The notes under the pieces: generated by a model
What the model was told of the DNA's origin: nothing
Databases searched by the model: none
What the model saw: only the letters and a program-made list of their open reading frames with translations
Assembly (NCBI GenBank): GCA_000934665.2
Contig: KZ538588.1
Coordinates: 1-60,505, forward strand
Origin: Catajapyx aquilonaris
Lineage: Eukaryota
DNA: 60,505 nucleotides
Reading direction: 5' to 3'
Position numbers and translations under genes: made by a program
Shown here: one piece after another, positions 1-12,612 of the stretch
Layout of the letters: every line of letters starts with the position of its first letter
Position numbering within the stretch: position 1 is the first letter of the stretch

Positions 1-95
1 GCAAGTTAGCCCAAAACTACTTCCACATCCCTATATTAGTTTTGCAAGTCCTATCAGGCTACCTGGCGACTTTCCGCGAGTTTTTGAGCACCCTG
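1..95. mobile_element. Right end of a Tc1/mariner-type MITE truncated by the window edge
   Basis: Ends CACCCTG|TA (89-97), the same terminus as the other CAGGGTG...CACCCTG elements here. The partner TIR is not in the window. Confidence 0.45.
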
Positions 96-3000
96 TATAG
101 GGGAAGGTGTGTGGTGGGGAGGGGCTAAGCACTAAGCAGGGATGGGGGTCAGAGAGGTGGGGCGCCTAGTGGGGACAGCGATGACTTCCAGCGCAAACAA
201 ACATCCTCTCTGTCTATGGTATTATGTGAAATATTATGGAGAATGATACGTAAATCCCACAGTAGACTATGTGTAGAAATTGATAAATTTGTGCATTTAC
301 ATCTGTAACAGAATATTCCAATTAACTTGTTACATGACATGAGGTGTTACAAACATGAGCAGGTCGAGTTGTAGTAACTGGTAGGTTTAGGCATTAGGCT
401 AATAAAATCAGACTCTCTGATATTCTTATACTAATACGAGGGCGGGTAGAATTTAATCATGCTTTATAAAAGGAGTTATAAAGTTTCACCTGGGCTTCGT
501 TGATGATGGGTTCAACAACCCCTGCATTCTAACGTAGGCAAAATTTATGAGGAGTTTCCAATAGTGCATTAGAAATTCAAATGAAAAGCACATGCAATGC
601 ATTCACCTGCTGCGTGCCAATATTTGGAATGCAATTTTTGTATCTCGTCGGGCCAGCAATGAAAAGAGGAAATAGACTACATTCCTCTTTTCCTCCCACG
701 TAACTCACCTTGAGCCAACGCATCCGACACGACCTCCTGCCGGAAAACTCCCTTGCAAACGGGTGATTAGCGGGATTAGCATGATAACGACAAACTTAAC
801 GCGATTATTTATAAAGAGAGATGTAAATAGGGAAAGCGAAAGAGGAGGTTGGTTTAGCAGCCCAGGCCTTGAGGGGTAGTGGGTGGGGGTGGGGGTAGAG
901 AGGAGTGTGCATTTGAAATGCAAATTAATTACATTGGAAGGCGAGCCTGGGAGACAGGTTTGGGCTCTTCTTCATCTGGCGAGCTGCCTTTCAATTCGAC
1001 ATCGATCTTCTCTTAGGACGCCAGAACCAAATTGCAGCCAACCCTCCAGCACAATCCCAGGGCGGCAAGAAGGTGCCAGAATTATCCCAGGGGAATGGGG
1101 AGTGGTCAAACCTGGAGATGGTGTAAGGGAGACGAATCTCTCACCTGTATACTCAACACAAAGTCACTACACAAACAATTCTCCGCTTGGGAGGAAATTA
1201 ATGTGATTAGCCTTGGATGTCACTGCAATGAATTCTTAGGCACCTCATTTGCAATTTAGACCATTCCATTTCGGTTAATTCCACTTCGCTATTGACTCAG
1301 TCCCTCTAAGTCAATATCAAATCAAGTGATATTACCCGATTACAATCTGTCAGTTCGATCTCATCGCATGAATTCGCGGCCCATTCTGTTCCAGACTATT
1401 TCCATCAGTAACCTTTCACTGCAATGTGGTCGACATTAAAATGCGCCGGCATGATTCCTAAGTAACATCACTCTTGCCCTACTGCATACTGGGGAGAAAA
1501 TAGGTGTACGATCCATGACAGGAATGCGCTTTTAGTATGGACCGTGGTGTTTTTGCCGAAGGAACATCATTCTCGGAGTGATAAATTCAGCCCGAGAAAT
1601 CTCGAGCACCCAACACTTTTTCGCATAGAGATTGCCTATACATACCGGTGGATCCATAGGAGCTTTATCACCGCCAATCAGTCTGATCAATGCCAATAGG
1701 GTATCTTCATCTGGCAAGCATTGAAGAAAAGTGCACACATGAAACTGAGATTGGCACGAAAATGTCATTTCAGCTCAATCAATATTTACGCCTCAAAAAA
1801 ACACACATTTCGTCTGAAAATTTAAAGCCCAAGGATCTTCATTATGAATAGCTATTAATAAATGTGATCAAGTTGATTACTTCCTCCATTTAATATTTGG
1901 GTTATTTTTACAATAATGTCTGCTGACTCTTGCATACTATCAGCCTTACATCTCAGCACATCTAATTTCAGAACAATATTGTGTATATACTGTATACATA
2001 TGGGTCATTATGCTCACAGACTCTATCCGAAAGTGATTACCTTATCATAGCCTTCTGGTGTTATACGTGTACATTATGCTTGACAAATAGGTTGTGGCCT
2101 AATAATGCAAGCACATCTAAATTTAAAGGTGATCCCAATGGAGTGTTAATTTTAGAGCGCTTGTGTTATACTGACACACTATGAAAATTTGTTTGTGTTG
2201 GGTTCGGCACTACCTGGCCGCGTAATTTCAATTGAACGGTGCCCCTATTTTTTACTTTCCAGTATCAGCATCGTTCCAATGCGCTAATTAATTTCATTAA
2301 TTTTTGCACCGTGATCCCCACTATCCATAAACTTCAATCTCTAGCTGCGCAAGATATGAACAGGTAATAATTAATTTTCTGGTGCGTAACTCCCAAAACG
2401 CCAGAGATAACGTCATGAAAGTGTATTCCAACATGGATGACACAATCAAAATGAAATCCAACCAATTCCAGCCCCGCATCTGATTGCAATTAAATCGTGC
2501 CTCTGGTCCCGTGAATGGCCAGCATTATACCCGCGGATACATCTCCTATAACACTTTCCTATTCCCAAGTTAGTGCTCAGTTACGACCCATCACTTTGTT
2601 AGTCCACCGCCTTATCCCCTGTAAGTAAAAAAGAGTGAGACAAGAGGATAGGAAATTGCGCTCCGTGATTGGCCCTCCTAATGTCCTCCCATAAGACTCT
2701 TAACCCCAATTAGGAATCCGTTGTTCAGCTTCCCCTGCCCTAGTCCCCAATGACCAACTAAATAAGCCCCGTTTAAGCAGCGCTTAAGTGAAACAACACT
2801 TAGCTGTATCCCTCCCCTTCCCACTTTTTTGTGTTAGGAACCAGGGGGGATTGGGGGAAGGCGGGGGGTCCAAGCTTCCCCTCGTTTCCTTCTGGCCAGC
2901 TAATTAATAAACGGCGCGAAACAGTCCGCGGGAAGAAGATGGCCATTTGCAAGGATTTACTGGAGCTTGCTTTTAATGATTTTGTAATTAACCCCCGGTT

Positions 3001-3933
3001 GAGATGAGGGAGGGCGGGCGGGCGGGAGGAGGGGGAGGACGCAGCATGCAATTTCAGCTGCCTTTTTTCAGGCACAACCCGGTTCTCGCCTCGTACACCA
3101 AATTCGGGCCGGCACAACAATTCAAGACTATAATTACGTAGTCCGTATAGGCAAACAAAATGTCACGTCCTGTAAAATAAATCCGCACCATGCATGAAAA
3201 TTAAAACAGGTGGCTTATTTTCACGGCACTTTTTCTTCCGCGCAGGTGTGGATCATAATTAGCAACATTTATTAAATTGTTACAAGCGATATCAACAATT
3301 TAATATTTAAATAATGCGGGCCTACTAAATGGTTTCGAGTTACTATTTTGCGTATTAAAACGTGACCCTACACGATACCCGTTTTTGTTTAATTTTGCCT
3401 CAAAAAGGACTGTACTGCACCATATTCATCAGTTCTCACTTTAGTTTTGGTAGAATATTGTATGAAAGCAAGCTACAGTTTTGTTTTAAAGGCTAAAACA
3501 ATGCACCAACTAACCTACAGTTTCGAACTGGTTTTACAACACAGTATTATGCAACCAAATCCCAAATTTAATTTCCGCAAGCACTGACATGAAACAAAAG
3601 AACCGAACTATTAACAACGAAACAAATAAAAAAAATGAAAATCCTATTAGAACTGCAGTATATCGCCGAATATAAATTCGTAGTTACGTAGGTCGAGTTC
3701 CGTAAAACCCTGCTCTCGAAAGGTAGGCGACAAAAACATTCTACTAAAAGTATACATGCGCATGTTTTGACGATGGTCCCGTATTCTAATGCTTTTTCAG
3801 GAAAGGCTCCTCCCCTAAGGCTGCATTGCCTGATTAATAATATGTAAAATAATAACGTGGATAAACCACTTGTTCTCGATTTACCATCGATCACGCAAAA
3901 CGGCCCCAAGAAGACAGAGGCCTATCACAAATT

Positions 3934-4671
3934 GAAGCGATGAGATCAGAAACCCCTTAAAGTCCATAGAAGTAAATTTTTCAGGAGAGACATAAAACCG
4001 ACCTAAGTTCACGATACTGCTGTTGTATACAATGGAATTTTTTATACGTAACACATATGCCAGGGCAATACTTTCGTCCTGGTTTTAAAATATTAAGTGA
4101 CAATGGGTGTCTGTAGTGTTTTGTTAAAAGTCCTGGACTTATGGGGTTTCTGATCTCATCACCCTCGAAGGGATCAATGAAGACCCTAATGCTCTACATT
4201 TTTATCAACTTGGGCTTTATTTCCATTACAAAATGATACCCTTTACTCCGAGTCCCACAATTCAGTTCCATCTGACCCATTCTCATCTTCAGTTTCATCA
4301 CTTTTCTTTTTTTAAGATTATAAGGTTGACCCAGCCTTGTGGCCCTACATCCCCTTACTTCCTATTTATTTAATGCCACAAAATACACCAATACAAAACA
4401 ATAAAGCAATACAATTAACTCTTAGGCTAAGCTAGCATCCTCTACTTTGCCTCTGGCCATCATTTGCAATGACGCATGAATGCAGAAATCCCATACGTGG
4501 AGTAGACTAAAGGGGGTTTCTCAACTCACTGTGTCGTTTTCTGGGCATTCCCCTCACATTCTTGTGTGGTTTCTGCACATACTCGATAGATAAGGATGTT
4601 GTGCGTCCATTTCCGGCCATAACTCAATTTCGTCAAAAATGTGACTTATGGGGTTTCTGTTTGATCGCTTC
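3934..4671. mobile_element. MITE with GAAG termini and AATT TSD (Sola-like), possibly two adjacent or nested copies
   Basis: AATT|GAAGCGATGAGATCAGAAACCCC...GGGGTTTCTGTTTGATCGCTTC|AATT. A further inverted copy of the TIR lies at ~4135-4167 (GGACTTATGGGGTTTCTGATCTCATC). Confidence 0.65.
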
Positions 4672-4992
4672 AATTTTCTTCTTCTTCTTCTTCTTCGTAA
4701 AGTTCTGCATGGCATTAGATTCTTACATGAGGACTTTAAAACTTTTACTAGCTCCAAAATGACCTGGGACCCATATTGTGCATTCCGGGCAAATCTCAGT
4801 AGAAAATGAGTACTTCACAGCCTCTTAGTTCCATCAGAAATTATCCAAAAGAAAAACTGGAGGCATGTTCCCAGGAATGCATCTTTTCTCATTAGTCATT
4901 AAATAATTTAATTAACACCTTTGTGACAGTTTATTATGTCACCTACATTATACAGGGCGGTGTACTGCACAGTAAAAGTCCCTATGAATTAT

Positions 4993-5293
4993 AGGATTTT
5001 TTTGCTTACCCCGTAACAGAGCCTATGATATTTTCCTGTTTACTTCAGACTCCGGTGCAGGGAAATCAGCTGGGAAATTGGACAAGGATAGGGATTTTTG
5101 GGGATGGAACGTGGGTGCAACTGTAATATCTACAAATGGGTCATGTGCTGTTCCCCAGGAGGTAAGGTTGTCCGACACCCCAAGGTGCGGGTCAGAGACT
5201 CTCCTGGCGCAGGTGAAAGGGATCTCCTAGGCGGGGATCGAACCTGGGACCTTCCGCTCAGCAAGCCGAGACGTTACCATCTCGGCCACCTCC
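4993..5293 (-). mobile_element. tRNA-derived SINE, family A
   Basis: Minus-strand A box TGGCCGAGATGG and B box GGTTCGATCCC. Homologous to copies at 23247, 35051 and 54637. Flanking direct repeat CCCTATGAA(T/C)TAT at ~4980 and ~5294. Confidence 0.88.
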
Positions 5294-5634
5294 CCCTATG
5301 AACTATCATTCAATGGGGATAGGGAAGGAATTCCTGGATTGTTTAACCAATAAACAATCTTCTGAATAAATAAAACAACCGGTCGCAAGCAACTATCCAC
5401 TTGTAGTAGTAGTTGTTGTTGTTCTTTCTATAAGTTATTAACTGTAGTTCTCGGATTGAACAGTCCATAACTATTTCGCTTTGCCTGCATGATTTAGTGA
5501 TCATTTAGGCCTCATATGAAACGAAGTGTTCTTATATCGTTTAAAGCGTGGACGCCCACAATTTTAAGTGGAAATTGTTCCTCTCATAATATCGCAATAT
5601 GAGATATGAAAATTAGCCTTGTCTTATAATATTA

Positions 5635-5932
5635 TTATACTTTTTCGAAGAAAAAAGTCTTATAGAACGGCTCTGTCTGTCTGTCTGCCTGTGTACAGGT
5701 ATGAGACAGACAGAGCCGTGCTATAAGACTTTTTTTATTTTCGGGTTCCGGGTTCACTCTATCCGCCCCTTCCTCCTGGCTGCTCCCTCCAACCACCCCC
5801 CTCTCCCCCTGACCACCCATTGTCCCCAGGTCACCCTTCCCCCCTCCCAGTCCCGTGACTGACGTTGGGGACAATAGCAGTAAACATGAAATAGTCTACT
5901 CTAATCACGCTCACGTGATTTCCAAATCTAGT
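5635..5932 (+). mobile_element. Helitron/Helentron-like (DINE-1/HINE-like) non-autonomous element
   Basis: 5' short hairpin ACTTTTT-CGAAG-AAAAAAGT; inverted repeat 5651-5737 containing (GTCT)n; 3' hairpin AATCACG-CTCA-CGTGATT followed by CTAG|T. Confidence 0.5.

Positions 5933-5998
<66 letters not shown>
5933..5998. repeat. (AAT)n microsatellite, probably a SINE tail
   Basis: Pure AAT run followed by ATACCCCG...TAGGGGG, the same tail junction seen at ~35520-35630. Confidence 0.95.
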
Positions 5999-5999
<1 letters not shown>

Positions 6000-6080
6000 G
6001 ATACCCCGTGACAGGCCTCCTTGGGCCTCTTAGGGGGATCATCTTTTCGTCAACTGTGCCGTTCCTACGAGTATTACGGC

Positions 6081-6329
6081 AACCGTGCCGTGGGATCTTT
6101 TCGGACCCCACCATATTTTAATTTTTATTAATTATTATATAATACTTTTCAATGTATTGACCATATACAATCATTCTTTGAACAATGCCTAAAATGATCG
6201 CTAATTCAACATGAACCTGTACTTCCTGTTATATACTGTAAAAAAAATGGCAAAAGTTCATTCTAATGATCATTTTAATGCATTTTTTCCCCTTGGGGTC
6301 CAAAAAGACCCCACGGCACGGTTCCAGGG
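6081..6329. mobile_element. piggyBac-like MITE, left end truncated
   Basis: AACCGTGCCGTGGGATCTTTTCGGACCCCA (6081-6110) is inverted relative to TGGGGTCCAAAAAGACCCCACGGCACGGTT. The right end is CCAGGG|TTAA. Confidence 0.65.
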
Positions 6330-6349
6330 TTAATCATTGCCTTTGCTGT

Positions 6350-6530
6350 GATGGATTTTGATGGTGGGAAGAAACGGGAGAACCCAGAGATAACCCACGC
6401 GAACACGGAGAGAACCCATCGAAACTCTATCCACATAAGTAATTTATCCTCTGCCCAATCCGGGGATCGAACTCGGGACCTCAGAGGTGGAAGGCTGTGG
6501 CGCTAACCACTACGCCACCGTGTCGCCCCT
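6350..6530 (-). mobile_element. tRNA-derived SINE, family D, with V-SINE-like central domain
   Basis: Minus strand: A box TGGCGTAGTGG, B box GTTCGATCC, then GTTCTCTCCGTGTTCGCGTGGGTTATCTCTGGGTTCTCCCGTTTCTTCCCAC, which resembles the recalled V-domain consensus. 13-bp direct repeat GCCTTGTCTTATA at 5616-5628 and 6531-6543. Confidence 0.8.
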
Positions 6531-8096
6531 GCCTTGTCTTATACAGTATAATCCGGTATTACAATTACAAAAATCCGCATGTACATTTTAAAACTTTTGC
6601 TATTTAAACTCGCCACAGGTGCTGGAACCTTTGATAATCATAATTTTTATACCATTGTTAAATAACGCCCGAGTTTCACGAAAGTGTTGCTCACTAATAG
6701 TGATAATTAATAAAGTAAATTATTTTGCAACATTGGTTACTCTTCAAAATGGGTATTACGATGAGAAACCATGATTTTGAACACATACATTTCATATATC
6801 CCAGTTTCTTTGAATGCTTTAGTGTCAACCCTAAATGTCAGCCATCATCTACCGTTGTCATAAAAATTAAAACAAAAATTATGCATAATTTCTGGCGTCT
6901 TATCGGACGGATTTTTAATCGGGAAACGTTGCAAACTGGTGAGTTTCAAATAGACTCTATGCATTTACACAATATAGGAATACAGAGGAGGAAACTGGGT
7001 TTCACTTTTGCATCTTACATGATCAGGAACGATTTTCGCTAAAAATTTGGAGGTTACCGACGGAACAACCTCTCACAAGAATGTCGCACTATTCGACTAG
7101 TATGGATAGTATTGTGTCCCTTTCAAATCACTCTTGCAAGGATACCGTACCTGCACCTGTAATGCCTTGTGATACGCAGAGTAGAAGCTGGTGTTCTTCC
7201 CTGGACACAATCCATTCAACAAAATGAAAGAGATGGCGGCACCTGTTCGCGACTATCGCGCAAATGGCGCCATCTCTTTACCGTCAGACCAACTACAGTG
7301 TTCACCATAAAAAGGACAGATACCCTGGTAATGTGAGCCGGGTTAATCGCGCCGGGAACAGATTGCGCATTGAAATGGACACATATGGTTTGCAAAAATA
7401 GGGCAGGTGTATCAATCGCAGGGAGTTAGTCGGGTCTTACATAACCGGGGAGTGGTGCGTACAGAGTTTATAGAGGCAGGGCTTGTCTATTGGCGCCTGG
7501 GCCATTTATCAAGGTAGACAAATGGGACTTGGTCCTGCAGCTGCGCCGCCACCAATCCATCACCCACACGTGAGCACACTGCCGATTTATTCCCGGATCA
7601 AACCCAACGGCCGCACTTTCTGCGCCCGCCCATATTCCACACTTCCTCGTCCCAATCCGCTAATCCCTGCCAACACTGCCAAAACCTCCAAAAAAAAGAG
7701 GGAGAGGGGTGCCCAAAAAAACACTAAACACGGGCAAAAGTGTGAATTGCCATTTGGCACTCAAAAAAACCCGCCCTGTTGTTTGCTTCATTTTCATAGC
7801 GCTCGTTATGGGGGTCCACATTCTCCTGCCCGTTGACATGCTTTTACCATACCGCTATTCAATTATCCCGCATGGATAATTACAAATTCTTTTGTTTATA
7901 AAACAATGCTACCAAATAAGTAATTCGGTTAATTAACCAAATATTGAAACCCGCGGATTTGAAATGGGCAAAAAAACAAAAGTTAGCACGTCATGATGCT
8001 GTTTTTCACTTCGTTATAACATACTGTCCCTCCCTGCGTACCATACACGTAAATTCTCTGAAATTTCTAAGAAAATCCCACAGACCGGTCTGTGGG

Positions 8097-8157
8097 ATGC
8101 AGTTATTTTATCAATTTATTCCTAAGGTCTAGGAATAAATTGATAAAATAACTGCAT
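8097..8157. repeat. Perfect 28-bp-arm hairpin
   Basis: ATGCAGTTATTTTATCAATTTATTCCTA-aggtc-TAGGAATAAATTGATAAAATAACTGCAT. Confidence 0.95.
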
Positions 8158-8417
8158 GGCAGCTAATTTAATTACTTATTAATAACAACTTCCTTCTGCT
8201 TCCTCACAACAGCTTTAGAGTAGACTACTAGATTCCATCAAGATTGAAGAGCGCTCTAACATCGTGAATCTCACGCAGAATTATTCGTACCTTACACAAA
8301 CTCAATGCTACTCTTAGCCTGTCAAAGGTGGAGAGAAAACACGCAGCAACGTGATGATATGTGTAATGTAATTGAGTAGATACTTTGAATATAAGAGATA
8401 CTCCAAAATGTTACTTT

Positions 8418-8888
8418 TTCTTCTCTCTTATTTTATTTTTTTTTCGCTTCACCCCATTCGAGGGAACAGAGCCCTTTTAGGGGGGGTGGGTTACCACCAT
8501 TTTTTGTTACGAAATTTTCATAGCATTTTTTTTTTCTCTCCGGTGCAGGGGTCAGGATAGGGATTTGTGAGGGGGGGACACTGGTGCAGGTGCAATGTCT
8601 CAAGTTGGGGGTCGTGTGCAGTTCCCCAGGGGGTCAGGTTGCAAGACATCTCCCTAGGTGCGGGTCAGAAACCCCCATCGACACCGCACCTCCTCATGGA
8701 CAGGACAAGGAAAGGAAAGGAAGGAAGCGGCTGTGGCCTATTTTACGGTACGATCCCGGAATTTTTCCTGGAGCGACCCTGGAAAACCACAGAAAACCAA
8801 GGTCAGGACCCCCGGCTTCCGGGGCTCGCACCCAGGACCTCCCGATTAGCAGTCGGATACCATATCCACTCCACCACTACTGCTTCAG
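8418..8888 (-). mobile_element. tRNA-derived SINE, family B head joined to family A-type body and tail
   Basis: Minus-strand tRNA-like head (GGTGGAGTGG...GGGTGCGAGCCCC), a core seen on + as GGAAGGAAGCGGCTGTGGCC, then a body shared with family A from TCTGACCCGCACCT onward. Degenerate TSD TCCA(A/G)AA(T/A)G(T/G)TACTTT. Confidence 0.85.
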
Positions 8889-11469
8889 TCCAGAAAGGTA
8901 CTTTAGGTACTCTATGTATACGTTACCCCTTGAAACAATCAGCTTGAAGCATTCAAGTCTGATAAAATAGGTCAAAATACTCTGCGCAATATTTAGCAGT
9001 AAAAACGATATAATACCTCGGGGGTTAACAAACGCTCACAGTGCTCATTGACATCACATGGACAAGGTAGCTTGGGAAGGGCCCTGCAAACTCCCTTCCC
9101 GAATGCCTTGGACCCGAGAAGAGCAGTGTGTAAATCCCAAGTGGTGAATATTAGCGTCGGAGGTAAAGTTTGAAGAAGATGGAGTCAGTGATTCGGTGCG
9201 AAGAGCCAGTGCAGTGTCGACACTGGGAAGAGCATCGTTTGCGTGTGCAGAAAGAGTCGCCTGGATGTAGAGCAAACCCAGGCGACATGAGTCGGAATTG
9301 AAGGAGGCTGTTAGAAGGAGAGTTTGGGGGAGCTGTCTGCATCCATTAAGGGTCGCAAGACCAGACGAAGCGCACCCTAAATGGGCCTGCTAATGTTCCC
9401 TTCCGGGAATTGCTCCTCGAATTTCCAATATGGAAGTGGAGCAGAGGGACGGAGGAGGAAGGAGGGAGGAGGGAGGGAGAGAGGGGGACGCAGATATTAA
9501 ACTAGTCTCCAAATGGCGCCCTCCCCTAGCCCTCCCACCTCCCCCACCCCACCCTACAGGTTTAATGACTTACTTGCTGCATCTTATATGAGGCTGATTA
9601 TTCCGCAAGCCTTCTCTCTGTATGCCGCAAAACCAAGTTTGGCAGACATGTCAACTGCTGCTTCTCATAGACACGACCAGGACCGTGGAGCACTCTTCGT
9701 GTTTGCAGCTTCACAGTTTCTCGCAGCCAAGGCTGGTGCAGCCTGCTGTGGCTCCGGTCTCAGACTTTGACCGCTATACTAACAAGAACACAGGCCAAGT
9801 ATTTCCATCCAAATAAATTTGTGTTTAGTCGTGACGGAATTTTACTAACAAGAGGGCACCATTCATGTGGGACGTTCTAATGATATTACTGTACAAGGCA
9901 TTATTAAAGCGCCTCCTGAACAATGTGAACAGGATTACACATTTTAAAGGGCCACCAAGATGTGTAGTAGTACCGTGGTAGTAGTAGAAGTAGCAGTAAT
10001 AGTGGTAGTAGTGCCACAGCAGTTGGGACTACATATAACAGCTGTCAGTCATTTTAATCTAAAATGAGAGAAACGCTAACAGTTGGTTGGAAGACCCCCA
10101 TGTTAGTTTTGTAATCGTTTGGAGTGGTGCAATAGTGGGCACAGGCAATGATCGACAGGCCGCAACTCCTCGGTTGAGACGGCCTCTTTCTCTGGACAGG
10201 CTGCATGGAATGAAGCCATTTAGCACAAGGCACTCTTTGAGGGTTATTAAAATAATTGGCTCATCAAGTGCACACAGAGAAGAAAACGGCGGTCCCACTT
10301 GATGAAATGGAGAGCCCTCTAGATGGTTGGGGAAAAAATGACGACGAACCGAACTATTTCTGGCACACGAAAACAGCGTCCGATGTGAATTAACTGCTCA
10401 TTTGTCCCACCAAATTACAACCTCCTTCCCTATAACTCGCCCTTTTTGGCATGCACCCTTTTAACATTACTCACAAGCATTTCCTTTGGGCTCCAGTAAG
10501 AACAGGCAATTCAGTGGAAAGAGGATGCTTTCTCACTATTACACAGGGTGATACAATAGCTAGTGGCTCAAAGCTTAGTGGAAGTAAGGCCAAAATATGT
10601 GAAACGCGTGCTTGTCGACATTGTCATTGAATCCCTTCTAAGTGAGAAATTGTACATCGTGGAAAATACTGTCAGCGCCCTTTTGAAAAGTCATGTTTGT
10701 ATCATCTTCTATAGTGTATATAACGTCATAGGAGATGATTCGCATCTGATATTTTATGTCGTCAGGGTTATACCAAATTTATAACCTTCAGTCCCACGAA
10801 GGATAATCCACAAAATGAACACCAAAACCGAGAACATGACAGCGACATTCCGGATTCGCAGTCTCTTCAAAAACATCACATCTCATTTCAGAGGCTTCCT
10901 GTGGGAGCTGTAAAGGCATCCGCAAAAGCCCTTAGATCATCTCCGCGTCATTTTTGGGAGCCGGGAAAGGGCGGGGGAGGGAGAGGGGAGCAGAGGAAAA
11001 ATGGCAACTGAAATCGGCGCGATGACAGCGCTAATTTTCCAACAGATTCTGAAGGGACCGGCCTCGAAATAAATGGCAGGGGGTGGGCCTTCCACCAATT
11101 TTCACCTCGAATGTCCCTCGGCACCGCAGCTAATTCACCGCAACATCGATTTTCAAAGTACAAAGTGGCCTCGGGGCCGCCCTGCGTTCATATCACGGGA
11201 TTATTGGGGGATATTGAACTTAAAAAGCGGTGTCTGACAGACAATATCTGATATGATGCTCGGCATAAAAGGGTACCTTAACTTACAGAGCCTACATCAC
11301 TCTGATGAAAACATGTGCAAGAATGTTATCAACTACATATTTTATTATAGAATGCAGGTTTTATTAGTAGTAAGAGGAACCCGTTTATTTACGCACCATA
11401 ATCGCAGAAAAGTGTCTGGCTGACAAGATAGGTTCAATTATTGCCTCAAATGTCAAGCATGTGTAAATA

Positions 11470-11907
11470 CAGGGTGTATCAAAACTCTACCGTAAGCCAT
11501 ATGCCAATGGCTTAATGGGCACCAGGGGATCAATTAATGTAGAGGAGTCATTATGTCTGGGCAGCCTCATTACTGAGATAATTGATCATTTGCGATTTAG
11601 CAATTGGGCCTAAGAGTGATTGTCACAGATTGTCACTGATTGTCACAAATTGTCACAGATCACATGCGACATGCAGTACACATGCGACATGCTAGTAGCT
11701 AAATGGAAAAGCTGCTATTTTCACGAGTGATGCGATGTCGGGGCTGAAGGTTTCCATACCTCCCAGGATACTTTGTACTACGTGTTTGAAGGCAATTATC
11801 TCCGTAATGAGGCTGCCTAGGCATAATGACCCCTCTACATATAATGATGCTCTGGTGCCCCTTATGCCATTGGCACATAGCTTACGGTAGAGTTCTGATA
11901 CACCCTG
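11470..11907. mobile_element. Tc1/mariner-type MITE
   Basis: TA|CAGGGTGTATCAAAACTCTACCGTAAGC...GCTTACGGTAGAGTTCTGATACACCCTG|TA. Imperfect TIRs of ~110 bp; internal tandem (ATTGTCAC) and (CACATGCGACATGC) repeats. Confidence 0.92.
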
Positions 11908-12612
11908 TATAGTATAATGTAAATACAGTATAGGAAACCCAATGCCTTTGCAGAGGCAGACGTTTGTGCAGTTTGTATTAAACGGAATAGACAGGATAAA
12001 ATTACAGAATTTTAACTTGCTCTTCTCTTCAATAATTATCGTGCCCTGGATTAGATATTACAGTAGTATTGTACGGTGCAATGTAGAGGAAAGTCGGCGT
12101 ATGGGGACTGGCTTATTTTATCAACTAGGTCATGCAGACTAAAAGCGTGACGGCCAAAAGGTTCATAAAGACGGCGTGAAGTAGTGGAATCGCAATCACG
12201 TACAGTAGTTAGCATTGTTCAGTAATGAGTGGTGGGTTGATTTCTATTTTAGCGATTTGTGAAATTGTTGCAGCCTTTCTTCTCTTTGGGCATAGCTTGA
12301 CTTTGGCATTGGTCAGAGTTGGTTTTTCACCACTAACTACTAGAAATAGAGTAGAAGTAACAATATATGTGAAAATGTAACAGTTTCTTAAATGCGTAAC
12401 ACTTTCAAAAGCCATGTTTTCAAAGCAACGCTCTTCCCCAAATGCGGACCCCTACGAGTTCCAAAAGAGGCCCCCCACAAGGGGGTTGGGGGAGGGGGTA
12501 AGAGAGGAGAAAGTGTGCGAAAGAGGCCTTGAAGGAAGGTTCGGAGTTGAGATGCTTTGTCGCGGTTAAAATGCTTCAACAGCATTAACACCTTCGAATA
12601 ACAGATTTTGTT

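Noticed and set aside
703..800. Strong minus-strand donor (AAG|GTGAGT) as a possible further exon
   Set aside because: No frame resembles Yip1 and no clear acceptor was found.
5225..5293. tRNA-like sequences (also ~6460-6530, 13270-13325, 23250-23320, 27070-27140, 35810-35880)
   Set aside because: They have A/B boxes, but most continue into shared SINE bodies with tails and TSDs, and no complete cloverleaf is evident. They are SINE heads, not tRNA genes.
11618..11692. Short tandem repeats as a CRISPR-like array
   Set aside because: No unique spacers, eukaryotic context, and located inside a MITE.
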